NCBI GenBank assembly: GCA_018221135.1
Contig: JAAOYB010000050.1
Span: 527-64,526, forward strand
Length of the DNA stretch: 64,000 nucleotides
Reading direction: 5' to 3'
Origin: Candidatus Woesearchaeota archaeon
Lineage (GTDB): Archaea > Nanobdellota > Nanobdellia > Woesearchaeales > BM511
The notes beneath the pieces were generated by a model, which saw nothing but the letters and a program-made list of their open reading frames with translations, was not told the origin of the DNA and did no database searches. Numbering within the stretch: position 1 is the first letter of the stretch; each line of letters starts with the position of its first letter. The position numbers and the translations under genes were made by a program. Of this stretch, positions 17,829 through 27,496 are shown piece after piece.

Positions 17829-18656
17829 TTGATAAGCGATATTGATAAGCGCGAGAATCCTAATAAAAAGAATTATCCTAAAGAAGAAATCGACGTCGCG
17901 TATAAGTTTAGTTCTAAGATTTATAAGGAGATGGGTGATTACATAAAAGCAATCGTGCTTTTTGGCAGCACTGCGCGCAAGACTAAGACAAAAGGCGACA
18001 TTGACATCCTCATAGTATTAGATGATGTAAGCATTGTTCTTAGCCCAGAACTGATGGAGGCGTACAAAGTCATCAGCCAAAAAATAATAGGGGAGATTAG
18101 TCGACGGCTTCACGTAACAACTCTTAAGTACAGCACTTTTTTTGAGTTATCAAAAGCAGGGGATCCTATAGCCATTAATATTTTGCGAGACGGCGTACCA
18201 CTATTAGACACCGGTTTTTTTGAGCCATATCAATCTTTGCTGTCTCAGGGGCGCATCAGGCCTACTAGGGAGAGCGTCATGGTTTACCATAACAAAGCTA
18301 GCAACACTGTTGAGAACAGCAAGAGACACTTATTAAGCGCTGTTATGGATTTGTACTGGGCTGTTGTTGACTCTGCGCACGCCGCTCTTATGAGCGTTGG
18401 AGAAATCCCTCCTAGCCCTATGCACATCGCTGACTTAGTCGAAGAAAAATTTGTTAAGCCAGGACACCTCGATAAGAAATACGCTAGTATTGTCAGAAAT
18501 TTTTATAAGTTATCTAAGATGATTACTTATCGTGAGCTTCGAGAAGTAAAGGGTTCTGAGTACGATAACCATTTAAGAGACGCTTTGGAATTCTTAGAAA
18601 AAATGGATGAGTTCGTCCTTGACAAAAAAAAGAAGAGCGCTAGTAAGAAAAAATAA
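17829..18656 (+). CDS. minimal nucleotidyltransferase (Pol-beta superfamily) fused to HEPN-like domain
   Basis: 'LFGSTARKTKTKGDIDILIVLDD' NTase motif; C-terminal helical 'LLSAVMDLYWAVVDSAHAALM'; TTG start. Confidence 0.6.
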   Translation: MISDIDKRENPNKKNYPKEEIDVAYKFSSKIYKEMGDYIKAIVLFGSTARKTKTKGDIDILIVLDDVSIVLSPELMEAYKVISQKIIGEISRRLHVTTLKYSTFFELSKAGDPIAINILRDGVPLLDTGFFEPYQSLLSQGRIRPTRESVMVYHNKASNTVENSKRHLLSAVMDLYWAVVDSAHAALMSVGEIPPSPMHIADLVEEKFVKPGHLDKKYASIVRNFYKLSKMITYRELREVKGSEYDNHLRDALEFLEKMDEFVLDKKKKSASKKK

Positions 18657-18658
18657 TT

Positions 18659-19066
18659 TTAGTGTTTAGTGCTTCCTTGTTTTATGTTTGGTACTTCTTT
18701 TCTTACTACTAAGTCTATGAAGTAATCAGTTATGCTAAAACAGTCTTTTGTTCTTTGCGTTAATTGCGGATTCTCGTCGTAGAACAATAAGTTGTTTTGG
18801 TAGTCAAATAGCCTATAACCTTTTGTTGGGCTTATCTCAAGTATTAGTTCTTCGCACATTATCTCGAAATCTTTTTTTTCTCTTGCTAAAATATCTTCTA
18901 AGAGTAAAGGGAGTAATTCTTTTGAGTGCAAGTAGTATTTGTGAAAAATCTCTGGACTCAGAATCATCTCATTCCTATCACTATTAACCTCGCTCCAAAC
19001 ATGGTGGTCATAGAAGAGCACCCTATAATTATGTAAGTTTAACTCATAATCTAATCGCATAATCAT
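18659..19066 (-). CDS. hypothetical protein (AT-rich island)
   Basis: ORF track; low GC relative to flanks. Confidence 0.4.
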   Translation of the reverse strand: MIMRLDYELNLHNYRVLFYDHHVWSEVNSDRNEMILSPEIFHKYYLHSKELLPLLLEDILAREKKDFEIMCEELILEISPTKGYRLFDYQNNLLFYDENPQLTQRTKDCFSITDYFIDLVVRKEVPNIKQGSTKH

Positions 19067-19079
19067 AAATAAAAAGTTC

Positions 19080-20552
19080 TTATTCTTTTTTTGGCCTAGG
19101 AAGCTTACGAAGATTATTTTTTATTGTTTGTTCTAACTTAGTTATTGGTTTTGCTGCTGTTTCTTTAAGTAGCTTTTCCATGTTAACATCCACTCTACTG
19201 CTATTAATAAATGAATGTTCAATCAATTCACTTGCTTGTTCTTGATCAAAACTAGTAATATAAATTGATAGTGCTGCTAGCCTTGCTTTATCTTTTTGAC
19301 TAATTTCTCTAAAAAGAGTGCTTCTAAGATTATGATATCCTGATTCTATACTAAAATTTCTTGAAGTATGTCTTAATTTTTGTAATTCACTCCACTTATA
19401 ATTTTTTAGTTCTGAAAAAATTAGAGGTATTTGTTCAGGTTCAATTTCAGATAAGCTAAGCATGCTTGTTGCTAAACCTTCAATTGTAAGAATATTGAAT
19501 AATTCCGGATTGGATAATGAGTATGCTAGTAGTCTTTCTCCTTCTGGACCAAAGTGTCCTGTTAATTCTAAGAGTTTTGGTATGCCTTGTGCGTAAAGAA
19601 TGCTTTTTGAGGCTCCTTGGTTAATCATGGCCTCGCTTATCTCTCTGCACATCTTTATATCGTAGCCATACTCTTTTAGTTTGGCAAATACTTCTTTTGC
19701 ACCTTTCATTAATGTCTTGTGAAGAGTAAGTGCTTCTCCCCGCATAAAATGTTCATCAGTTTTTTCTATGCTATCAGCTAAGGAGTACCCAAGATTTATA
19801 TGGTAAAAACTAGCTAGGCTTTTGAAGGCGCCAATAACTTCTTTTTTTGATTGAGTAGTGCTTTTTAGAATCGTCCATTTAGTGTCTTTTGTCAAGCTTA
19901 ACAAGTACTCTGCTGCGGTGTCACTAATTCTATGAACCCCTAATAAATAATCTTTTGGAGACATATCACTTCTAATAAATTGGCGATGATACTCATTTAC
20001 TAATCCTCCCAAATCTTTTAATAATGCGACTTCGCTTGTTTTTTGTTCCCCTATTTGTTCTGAGCGTAGATAATCAAAGAGTCCTCTTCCAAGGACTAGG
20101 CTTGCTTCTGAGATTATTCTTCCTATAGCTTTTTGTTCGGGTGTGTAATTACTAGATGAAAAAAGGTTTCTGAGATGTCCATCAAAATCACCGGCTGCAA
20201 ATATTTCTATTGCGAAAGCCCCTCCTTCCTCACTAAGCAATTTGCCTTCCAAATCTGGGTTTGTGTGTGTTATTTCGTGAAGAAGCGCGGCGTAGTCTCC
20301 TGGTCTAAAATAGATGTCCCCTGTGCTTAGGTCTGCTCTTCCAAAAAAAGTTGAGCCACCAATGTTTCTTAGTTTTTCTCCTACTTCTACTACTTTTCCT
20401 TTGAAGTCTTCTTTGTTTGGAAATAAATCTTCTATACCTAAGTAATTTAGCCAAGAATAAACGTTTCTAATATATTCTTCTCCTACGCTTTTAACATAGA
20501 AGTTCTGGCCGATGACGTTGTTATCAAATCGTTTCTTTACTATTCCCCCCAT
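19080..20552 (-). CDS. hypothetical 490-aa protein with HExxH zincin-like motif ('LLHEITHT')
   Basis: Single HExxH; no other recognised domain; AT-rich. Confidence 0.45.
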   Translation of the reverse strand: MGGIVKKRFDNNVIGQNFYVKSVGEEYIRNVYSWLNYLGIEDLFPNKEDFKGKVVEVGEKLRNIGGSTFFGRADLSTGDIYFRPGDYAALLHEITHTNPDLEGKLLSEEGGAFAIEIFAAGDFDGHLRNLFSSSNYTPEQKAIGRIISEASLVLGRGLFDYLRSEQIGEQKTSEVALLKDLGGLVNEYHRQFIRSDMSPKDYLLGVHRISDTAAEYLLSLTKDTKWTILKSTTQSKKEVIGAFKSLASFYHINLGYSLADSIEKTDEHFMRGEALTLHKTLMKGAKEVFAKLKEYGYDIKMCREISEAMINQGASKSILYAQGIPKLLELTGHFGPEGERLLAYSLSNPELFNILTIEGLATSMLSLSEIEPEQIPLIFSELKNYKWSELQKLRHTSRNFSIESGYHNLRSTLFREISQKDKARLAALSIYITSFDQEQASELIEHSFINSSRVDVNMEKLLKETAAKPITKLEQTIKNNLRKLPRPKKE

Positions 20553-20631
20553 AACATAGCGTAGTTATGAATTAATATTTAAAATATGTGGAAAATTACT
20601 ATAAGATAGTAGTAAGTTTTATAACTTTGTT

Positions 20632-21075
20632 GTGGATACTTCTTTTTTTATGAAAGAAGGAGAAGTCAAATATTATTTGGATTTTCTTATTTATGGAGAG
20701 CCCTTTAAAGGTGTTATTCATTTAATCCCTGACGTGCCAGCGGCGTGGGAAACCCTAAGAAAAAACAGAGGTTTCGAAGGTAAAAATTTTACTTATGTTA
20801 GAAGAGAAGCGTTTCTTAACCCGAATAAGTTTGTTAGTGATTACAAAGAAAACCTCTCGTTTAGCGGTTTAGATGTTAAAAGTATTTTCTATTTTTTTTC
20901 TCCACCCATGGCCTCCATAGAAGTGCTTGTTGAAGATGAGGATGTTCTTCGTGAAAACCTTGACTTTGTAGATTATTACGGAGCTAAGACGAGGAGTTTA
21001 GAAGACGTTTTCGAAGCTGCTCTTAGACAATCACTAACTAATACTTTCAAAGAACACACACAAAGAAATTTTTAA
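20632..21075 (+). CDS. hypothetical protein
   Basis: ORF track only. Confidence 0.35.
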   Translation: MDTSFFMKEGEVKYYLDFLIYGEPFKGVIHLIPDVPAAWETLRKNRGFEGKNFTYVRREAFLNPNKFVSDYKENLSFSGLDVKSIFYFFSPPMASIEVLVEDEDVLRENLDFVDYYGAKTRSLEDVFEAALRQSLTNTFKEHTQRNF

Positions 21076-21085
21076 TAAAATAATT

Positions 21086-21667
21086 TTAGTGCAGGTATTG
21101 GATTAGGTTTTCTTCTGACTTCTTTTCTTTTCTTGTTTCTTCATCGAGTCCTGAGCTTAACTTCTTTGGGTTTACTGCGTTGTTATCATGAACGAATTTC
21201 GCTGCTGCTATCATTGCGTCGCTCCAAATAGCTTCGTTTTCGATTTTTCCTGTTTCCAGATTTCTTCTTGATATCCTGAATTGCTTATCCGATTTCGAGT
21301 AATATATTATGTTATCAATCGCGTCATAAATTCTTATACCGCCCGAAGAAAACGGTCTTGGCAAGTATAATGAATAGTGTTCTGTGTCTATGCTTAGGTC
21401 TCGTCCTCCAACCCGATTTCTTATCCTGTTTACTAAGAAGGGAAAAATCTTTGATTCATCATTTCTAAACAATTCGCTATTCACGCGCATCCTAGCCTCA
21501 AAAATATTCTTATTACCCTCCCATACGTGCAGCCTTAATAAGTCAAAGAAATCAGGGGTTAGAACTTTGTCATATATTGATTTCCCACTATAAAGAGCGA
21601 CTTTAAAAATATTAACCCAATAAGTTTCATCAGGGAAGTCCTTAAGTGATTCTTCTAAGCGCCCCAT
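21086..21667 (-). CDS. hypothetical protein
   Basis: ORF track only. Confidence 0.4.
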   Translation of the reverse strand: MGRLEESLKDFPDETYWVNIFKVALYSGKSIYDKVLTPDFFDLLRLHVWEGNKNIFEARMRVNSELFRNDESKIFPFLVNRIRNRVGGRDLSIDTEHYSLYLPRPFSSGGIRIYDAIDNIIYYSKSDKQFRISRRNLETGKIENEAIWSDAMIAAAKFVHDNNAVNPKKLSSGLDEETRKEKKSEENLIQYLH

Positions 21668-21807
21668 TAAAAAAGAGAAAGACGTTATTATTTATTAACT
21701 TAATTCTTGGGTGTCTAATACTTCTCTTGGTTGCAGGCTAAGAAGTTCTAAATCATTAATATTTGCTGGTTTGGTGTCTCCTTTGTATTGCTGAGCAAAA
21801 AAAGGCT

Positions 21808-22377
21808 TCAAGCTTTTTTTATTAATTCATAGAACTTTTTTAGTTTTTCTCGACTAGTCTCTAAGTTCTTATTTCCAATTTTTAATAGTAATTCAAAGTA
21901 TTCTTTTGACACCATGATTTTGTCATCGTAATATACCGGCGCAGTTATTTGGTTTGTTCCAAGGATCTCCATCATTATCCTCTTATTAGCACTTATTATC
22001 CCACCCCTCTTAAAACCAGCTTCTCTAGCCTTGTTTATGAGTTTGTTAGCGGAGTCTAGGTTCCTTGCGCAGAGGTGTATTATGAAGCTTTCCTGCTTGA
22101 AAAAAGCTGGGTGAGAAGAGAAATTCAATTCTTCTAAGTTTAGTTCTTTTACTGCTTCGTGGCTTGTGAACAACCACTTCGCCTCGTTCTTCTTACCGTT
22201 TATAGGGAGTTCTATTATTACTATCCTACCCGCACAGCTACTAGTAGTATAATAATCACGAAGGTTGTTTATCTCGTCTACTACGTACTTGATTTGGTCG
22301 TCAACTGATCCTTTCCTACTATTATCATGTTTGTACAACGCGTCTAAATATTTCTTTTTTTCTTTATCAAAAACCAT
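21808..22377 (-). CDS. tRNA wybutosine/wyosine biosynthesis methyltransferase Taw3 (TYW3 family)
   Basis: ~190 aa with 'YTTSSCAGRI' resembling the TYW3 'SSC[SA]GRI' signature. Confidence 0.55.
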   Translation of the reverse strand: MVFDKEKKKYLDALYKHDNSRKGSVDDQIKYVVDEINNLRDYYTTSSCAGRIVIIELPINGKKNEAKWLFTSHEAVKELNLEELNFSSHPAFFKQESFIIHLCARNLDSANKLINKAREAGFKRGGIISANKRIMMEILGTNQITAPVYYDDKIMVSKEYFELLLKIGNKNLETSREKLKKFYELIKKA

Positions 22378-22440
22378 TCTTCTTAATAATTATGGAACTA
22401 AGTGTTTATTTAAAAAAGTATAAGAAAAAAAAGAAAAATT

Positions 22441-23796
22441 TTAGTAGTGTTCTTTTTTGTTGTTAATTGCGTTTAAGAGCATTAGTACTCCACCGATTAA
22501 CACGATGTTTGCCAGTACTAATACCAGGATTATCTCTAGTCCTTCACCACTAAAAAGACTTGTTTTTTGGCTTTTTTGCGTTGCGAAAACCGCGCCTGTT
22601 GGAATACTAGGAGTACTTATTGGTGTATCAATGATTATAGTTGAGGAATCATCATCGTCACCAGTTGTTGGTGGCGTGCTTGACTTGCAACTAATAACTT
22701 CAAGAGTTACGATGTCAGTGTCGCTCTTATCACTTGTGCTGCCACTGTAGTATGAGTTTACGTTGAATAAGTAGTTTCCTTCTGGGATGTCCTCAGGAAC
22801 GCTTAGTCTGAAACTTACTCTTTTGGTGTCTGATTCATCGATTACTATGTTTCTTAAGTACTCAGTTATTTCCCAGTCAGGATCGTCTGCTTTGATTAAT
22901 ACCATTGCTTCTTCTAAATCCCTGCTACCACTGTTTTTTATCTCTACGTTAAGAGTTGTTCTCCTATCACAACTGATAACACTTGGGGTGAAGCTTAGTT
23001 CTCTTATTAGTACTTCTCTTGATTTGACTTCTACGTCGATGTCGAATGTGAATGTGTATTCGTGGTATGTTCCTTCATCATCGTATCCGAACACCATGAT
23101 TTCTACTTCTTCTCTTCCTTCATCTTGGTCTTCTTCGATTATAAAAGTTAATTCTACTTTTTCGTCTTCTCCACTGTCAACGTCTACTTCGTCGTCTTCG
23201 TCAGCGTCTAAGCCATCGCTTGTCACTACTACTTCGATGTCTTCGATGTCGATGTTTGAGCTTCTTGAAAACTTGTTTTCTACTTCGATTTCGAGAGTTA
23301 CGCTATCTCCTCTTTTTGCTTCTATTCTCTCTCCTTCTTTTACGTCTTCTGTGTCTCCTTCTACGTCGATGTTAACATCTGATATTTGTAGTCTTGACTC
23401 GATAACTAAGTTCACATCGCTGCTTGCTTGTACTGCGCTGCTTGTTGAGTTCTCACCAGATACTATGATTTCTCCTATTTTGTGACTGTCAAAATTTGTT
23501 GATTCGCTTGTTGGGATTGTTATTTGGAATCTGTAAGTAGCTGTTTCGCTTGGGTCAAGTTCTGTGTCACTCAAGTCAGTTATGGTTGTAAAATCAAAGT
23601 CTGAGAATCCTGTTGTGGTAACATCCAGGTTGCTAATAGTATCGCTTCCTGTGTTTGTTATCGTAATCGTTGCGCTTAGTGTGTCCTTTATCATTCCTTC
23701 TAGGTTTGTTTGAGTCACGCTTAAGCTGCTGGCTGTTGCGCTTATACTTAGAATTATTAAGATTAGTAGTGTTGTTATGATTTTTGTTGTTTTCAT
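22441..23796 (-). CDS. secreted acidic cell-surface protein with C-terminal TM anchor
   Basis: Signal peptide 'LLILIILSISATASS'; D/E-rich repeats; C-terminal TM 'ILVLVLANIVLIGGVLMLL' followed by a short basic tail. Confidence 0.55.
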   Translation of the reverse strand: MKTTKIITTLLILIILSISATASSLSVTQTNLEGMIKDTLSATITITNTGSDTISNLDVTTTGFSDFDFTTITDLSDTELDPSETATYRFQITIPTSESTNFDSHKIGEIIVSGENSTSSAVQASSDVNLVIESRLQISDVNIDVEGDTEDVKEGERIEAKRGDSVTLEIEVENKFSRSSNIDIEDIEVVVTSDGLDADEDDEVDVDSGEDEKVELTFIIEEDQDEGREEVEIMVFGYDDEGTYHEYTFTFDIDVEVKSREVLIRELSFTPSVISCDRRTTLNVEIKNSGSRDLEEAMVLIKADDPDWEITEYLRNIVIDESDTKRVSFRLSVPEDIPEGNYLFNVNSYYSGSTSDKSDTDIVTLEVISCKSSTPPTTGDDDDSSTIIIDTPISTPSIPTGAVFATQKSQKTSLFSGEGLEIILVLVLANIVLIGGVLMLLNAINNKKEHY

Positions 23797-23972
23797 AATT
23801 GTTGTCCCCCGACGGAAAAAAATATTTAGTAGTTATTGGTGAGTAGTTAATAAACTCGTTTTATTTATAAACATTATTATAATACAAAATATATTTTAAA
23901 GTATTTAATATACTCGGTAAATAAAGGGTTACAAAACCCAAAAATATTCCTATAAGAATAAAACTTTCAAAA

Positions 23973-23984
23973 GAATATATAAAC
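23973..23984 (+). promoter_or_regulatory. putative TATA box upstream of metK
   Basis: 'ATATATAAA' ~55 nt upstream of ATG; 'GGAGGG' RBS-like 8 nt upstream of ATG. Confidence 0.3.
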
Positions 23985-24036
23985 CAATCATTCCTACATA
24001 AAAACAAAACAAAAATTTTTTGGAGGGAAAAACTTA

Positions 24037-25209
24037 ATGGTTGAAAAAATATTTTTTACAAGTGAAAGCGTCACAGAAGGACACCCAGACAAAGTCTGCG
24101 ACCAAATCTCAGACGCAATACTAGACGCAGTGTACGCCGAAGACCCAAACGCGAGAGTCGCAATCGAGACCCTAGTAAAAACAGGTTTCGTAATAGTCGC
24201 AGGAGAATTAACGACAACAGCGTATATCGAAATCCAAAACGTTGTACGAGACACCCTAAAAGAAATAGGTTACGACTCAGGCAAAGCTGGTTTTAACGGA
24301 GAAACTTGCGGAGTTCTATTAGCTATTAGCGAACAAAGCCCTGATATTAGCCAAGGAGTAAGCGAAGGAGAAGCACAAGGCAAAGAAGGAGCAGAACAAG
24401 GAGCAGGAGACCAAGGAATGATGTTTGGATACGCGACAAACGAAACCCCTGAACTCATGCCGCTACCTATAACACTAGCTCAAAAACTAACTATGAAACT
24501 TGCAGAGATAAGAAAAAAAGGTGAATTAAATTATCTTATGCCTGATGGTAAAAGCCAAGTAACCGTCGAGTATGATGATGGAAAACCAACCAGGGTAGAC
24601 GCTGTTGTTATCTCAACGCACCACGCAGAAAACGTAACTCAAGAACAAATAAGAGAAGACGTAATAGCAAAGATAATCAAACCAGTATGTGGTGATTACT
24701 TAGATTCGAACACCAAAATCTTTGTTAACCCAACAGGAAAATTCGTTGTTGGAGGACCAGTAGCAGACGCTGGAGTCACAGGTAGAAAAATCATTGTTGA
24801 CACCTATGGCGGGATGGGGCGTCACGGCGGAGGAGCGTTCTCAGGAAAAGACCCTTCAAAAGTAGATAGGAGCGCTGCTTACATGACTAGGTACATCGCA
24901 AAGAACATAGTCGCGGCAGGCCTTGCTGATAGGTGCGAAGTTCAACTAAGCTACGCTATCGGAGTCGCTGAGCCTGTAAGCGTATTAGTTGACACGTTTG
25001 GAACCGGCAAAATAAGTGAATCAGAGCTTAGCAAGTTAATCAGGGGAAACTTCGGATTAAAACCTGCAGAGATCATCGAAGCGCTTAATCTTAGACGACC
25101 AATCTATAAGAAAACAGCTTCGTACGGGCACTTTGGTCGCGAAGGAAACGAGTTTACTTGGGAGAAAACCGATAAAGTAGAAGCATTAAAAAACGCAGCT
25201 TCCAAATAA
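24037..25209 (+). CDS. metK: S-adenosylmethionine synthetase, bacterial/eukaryal MetK type
   Basis: '[24 protein letters not shown]', '[12 protein letters not shown]', '[19 protein letters not shown]' canonical MetK motifs. Confidence 0.92.
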   Translation: MVEKIFFTSESVTEGHPDKVCDQISDAILDAVYAEDPNARVAIETLVKTGFVIVAGELTTTAYIEIQNVVRDTLKEIGYDSGKAGFNGETCGVLLAISEQSPDISQGVSEGEAQGKEGAEQGAGDQGMMFGYATNETPELMPLPITLAQKLTMKLAEIRKKGELNYLMPDGKSQVTVEYDDGKPTRVDAVVISTHHAENVTQEQIREDVIAKIIKPVCGDYLDSNTKIFVNPTGKFVVGGPVADAGVTGRKIIVDTYGGMGRHGGGAFSGKDPSKVDRSAAYMTRYIAKNIVAAGLADRCEVQLSYAIGVAEPVSVLVDTFGTGKISESELSKLIRGNFGLKPAEIIEALNLRRPIYKKTASYGHFGREGNEFTWEKTDKVEALKNAASK

Positions 25210-25214
25210 GAATT

Positions 25215-25247
25215 CTTTTATTTTTTTCTTCTTTCTTCTTTTTTTTA
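25215..25247 (+). terminator. oligo-T tract, putative archaeal intrinsic terminator after metK
   Basis: T-rich 33-nt run immediately after stop. Confidence 0.35.
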
Positions 25248-25285
25248 GATAGTTTTAAAAAACAAACCCCCCTTCTAATAAAAGT

Positions 25286-25963
25286 GTGATTGACGCTAAA
25301 GAAATCATTGCAAAAACATTCAAGATAGAATTAATCATTAACGTATTTGTAAAACTAAGCATTATTGGCGTTTTAATACCCAGTATTTTTAGAGGTCAAT
25401 GGCTTCTTGTTTTCTTATCAAGTCTTTTCTTGCTTATCTCTTTTATCCCAACAATTGTTCAAAAAAAATTCAACATTTTCTTGCCTGCTGAGTTCGGCAT
25501 AATAATAAGTTTGTTCCTATATGCGACTTTCATATTAGGCGAACTTCAAAAATACTACTTAAAGTATTGGTGGTGGGACATATTCCTACACAGCTTCAGC
25601 GCGTTTATCTTGGGTCTTATCGGCTTTACTATCATGTACGCGTTTCATTACGTTGAAAAAATAAGTATTAGTCCTTGGCTATCCGCGCTTTTTAGCTTTA
25701 ACTTCGCAATCGCCATAGGAGTAATATGGGAGATTTTCGAGTTCGTAATGGACCAAGCACTTGGCTTAAACATGCAAAGAAGCGGCGTTGTTGATACAAT
25801 GACTGACTTAATCGTTGACTCCTTAGGAGCATTATTAGCAGCCGTCATCGGCTTTTTTTATCTTAAGGGCGGAGACAGCCACATTGTTAAGAGAATAGTT
25901 GAGCGATTCGTCAGGATTAATTTTAAGAATAAAAGAAGAACTAGCAATGACGAACTATTTTAA
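25286..25963 (+). CDS. hypothetical polytopic membrane protein
   Basis: 5-6 predicted TM helices; 'IWEIFEFVMD' motif. Confidence 0.5.
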   Translation: MIDAKEIIAKTFKIELIINVFVKLSIIGVLIPSIFRGQWLLVFLSSLFLLISFIPTIVQKKFNIFLPAEFGIIISLFLYATFILGELQKYYLKYWWWDIFLHSFSAFILGLIGFTIMYAFHYVEKISISPWLSALFSFNFAIAIGVIWEIFEFVMDQALGLNMQRSGVVDTMTDLIVDSLGALLAAVIGFFYLKGGDSHIVKRIVERFVRINFKNKRRTSNDELF

Positions 25964-26491
25964 CTTACTCTTCGTGGCTTTTTCTGAGATAATCGCGCTA
26001 TTCCCGCTTGGGTCTTCAAGTGTTATTTTAATGCTTTCTTGACCCCACATTATCTTCTGAATTTTTTTTAGCATGTTCTTTGCTCGTTTACGTTCATCTT
26101 TTTCTTCTGCGTTGTCTCGAGCGTTTTCTAATTGCACCTTGGCTCTGTTTAGGATTCCTTCAATATTAGTTATGTAACCATTACTCGCTGGTCCTGGCTC
26201 GATAGTCATGATCCGCGGGATTTTTATGGTTGCCTCACTGCTTTTAACTACTCTGATGTGCATGTCTTCTTCAGTGCTTAATTCTATTGTCCATTTAGTT
26301 GGCTCCCCTGCTTTCTCAGCTTCTATGTCTGCTTTGTGATAATTGCAATTACTGCAGCTCATACTAAATAAGTAGACTAAGCCAAAGTATGGCACTTCGC
26401 GTTCTGACTCCATCAAAGTCATGGTTTTCTTGTTGCACATAGGACATGGCTGCCCGCTTATAGTCATCGGTGCTTCTTCTTGTTTTGCCAT
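25955..26491 (-). CDS. ZPR1-type zinc-finger protein (archaeal ZPR1-related)
   Basis: 'CPMCNKKT...CSNCNY' C4 zinc ribbon followed by ZPR1-like beta domain; start taken at internal Met 'MAKQEE'. Confidence 0.5.
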   Translation of the reverse strand: MAKQEEAPMTISGQPCPMCNKKTMTLMESEREVPYFGLVYLFSMSCSNCNYHKADIEAEKAGEPTKWTIELSTEEDMHIRVVKSSEATIKIPRIMTIEPGPASNGYITNIEGILNRAKVQLENARDNAEEKDERKRAKNMLKKIQKIMWGQESIKITLEDPSGNSAIISEKATKSKLK

Positions 26492-26567
26492 ACTAATTTT
26501 TATGTGAAGAACTAGTTTTATAAAGATTTCTAAAAACAAAAATATAGAAATAAAAAATTATGTTTCT

Positions 26568-26777
26568 TTACTCTAATTCTACGCCGTACTCTTTTAATAG
26601 TTCTTTTATTTGGTTTGAGTATTCTTCTTCTTTGAACACGCCTTTTTTGATTAATAAATCTATTAGCGCGTCTACTTTGTCGTGTGCTCCTAGTGCTAGT
26701 TCCTCTGCTCCTAATACTTCGTGTTCACAGTTATCATCACATACATGGTTTTCTCCCATTTTAACATTTTCCTCCAA
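26568..26777 (-). CDS. small hypothetical protein
   Basis: Real amino-acid composition versus the Ser-rich opposite-strand ORF; RBS-like GGAGG upstream. Confidence 0.35.
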   Translation of the reverse strand: MEENVKMGENHVCDDNCEHEVLGAEELALGAHDKVDALIDLLIKKGVFKEEEYSNQIKELLKEYGVELE

Positions 26778-26926
26778 CTAATTTTTTGTTATTTGGGTTT
26801 GGTGTTTCTTATTTAAGCTTATCGAAAAAGAATAAAAAAGTTTTTGGAGGGAGTTCGTGTTTAGTATTTAAATTTTTTTAATAATTCTTTTAAATAAAGC
26901 AGTGTTTCCTATGAGTTAAGATAAAT

Positions 26927-27496
26927 ATGGAAGTAATAACTAAAGACGAATTCGCGCTTCAAAAAGAAGCGTTTATGAGCCGAGTAGAAGAAGGAGAACT
27001 ATTCATTTACCCAACCGACACTATCTACGGACTTGGATGCGACGCTACAAACGAAGTCGCCGTGTACAAATTAAGAAACGCCAAGAAAATACCTATGAGG
27101 CCTTTAAGTGTCATAGCACCTAGCAAAGAATGGATAATCGAGAACTTCGAGATAAATGATGAAGCAAAGCAATGGCTTAATAAACTCCCTGGACCATACA
27201 CTTTAATCCTAAAAATAAAGAATAAATCAGCGGTTAGCCATAACATCTCAGACACTGACAGCGTCGGTGTGAGAATGCCTGACCATATCATAACCGAATT
27301 CGTACAAGACCTAGGAATCCCTATCGTGACAACAAGTGCTAATATTACTAACAAGAGTTTCATGACTAACATAGACTACTTGGATGAAGAACTAAAAAAC
27401 AACGTTGGTTTCTTCATAGATGAAGGCGAGATAAGCGGGAGTCCTTCAAACATCATATTCTTAGATAAAAAAGAGGTAACAATTCGAAAAAGATGA
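26927..27496 (+). CDS. L-threonylcarbamoyladenylate synthase (TsaC/Sua5/YrdC domain)
   Basis: 'YPTDTIYGLGCDA', 'SVGVRMPDH', 'IVTTSAN' YrdC motifs. Confidence 0.85.
   Translation: MEVITKDEFALQKEAFMSRVEEGELFIYPTDTIYGLGCDATNEVAVYKLRNAKKIPMRPLSVIAPSKEWIIENFEINDEAKQWLNKLPGPYTLILKIKNKSAVSHNISDTDSVGVRMPDHIITEFVQDLGIPIVTTSANITNKSFMTNIDYLDEELKNNVGFFIDEGEISGSPSNIIFLDKKEVTIRKR

Noticed and set aside
22457-23485. Plus-strand Ser-rich ORFs (97 and 232 aa) opposite the 22441..23796 surface protein
   Set aside because: Antisense translation of D/E repeats gives poly-Ser/Leu; spurious.
23797-24036. Possible SAM riboswitch upstream of metK
   Set aside because: No S-box/SAM-I-like conserved helices or 'GAGGGA...' kink-turn elements seen; the region is simply AT-rich promoter-like sequence, and SAM riboswitches are essentially bacterial.
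26560-26781. 73-aa plus-strand ORF
   Set aside because: Ser-rich antisense artefact of the more plausible minus-strand small protein 26568..26777.
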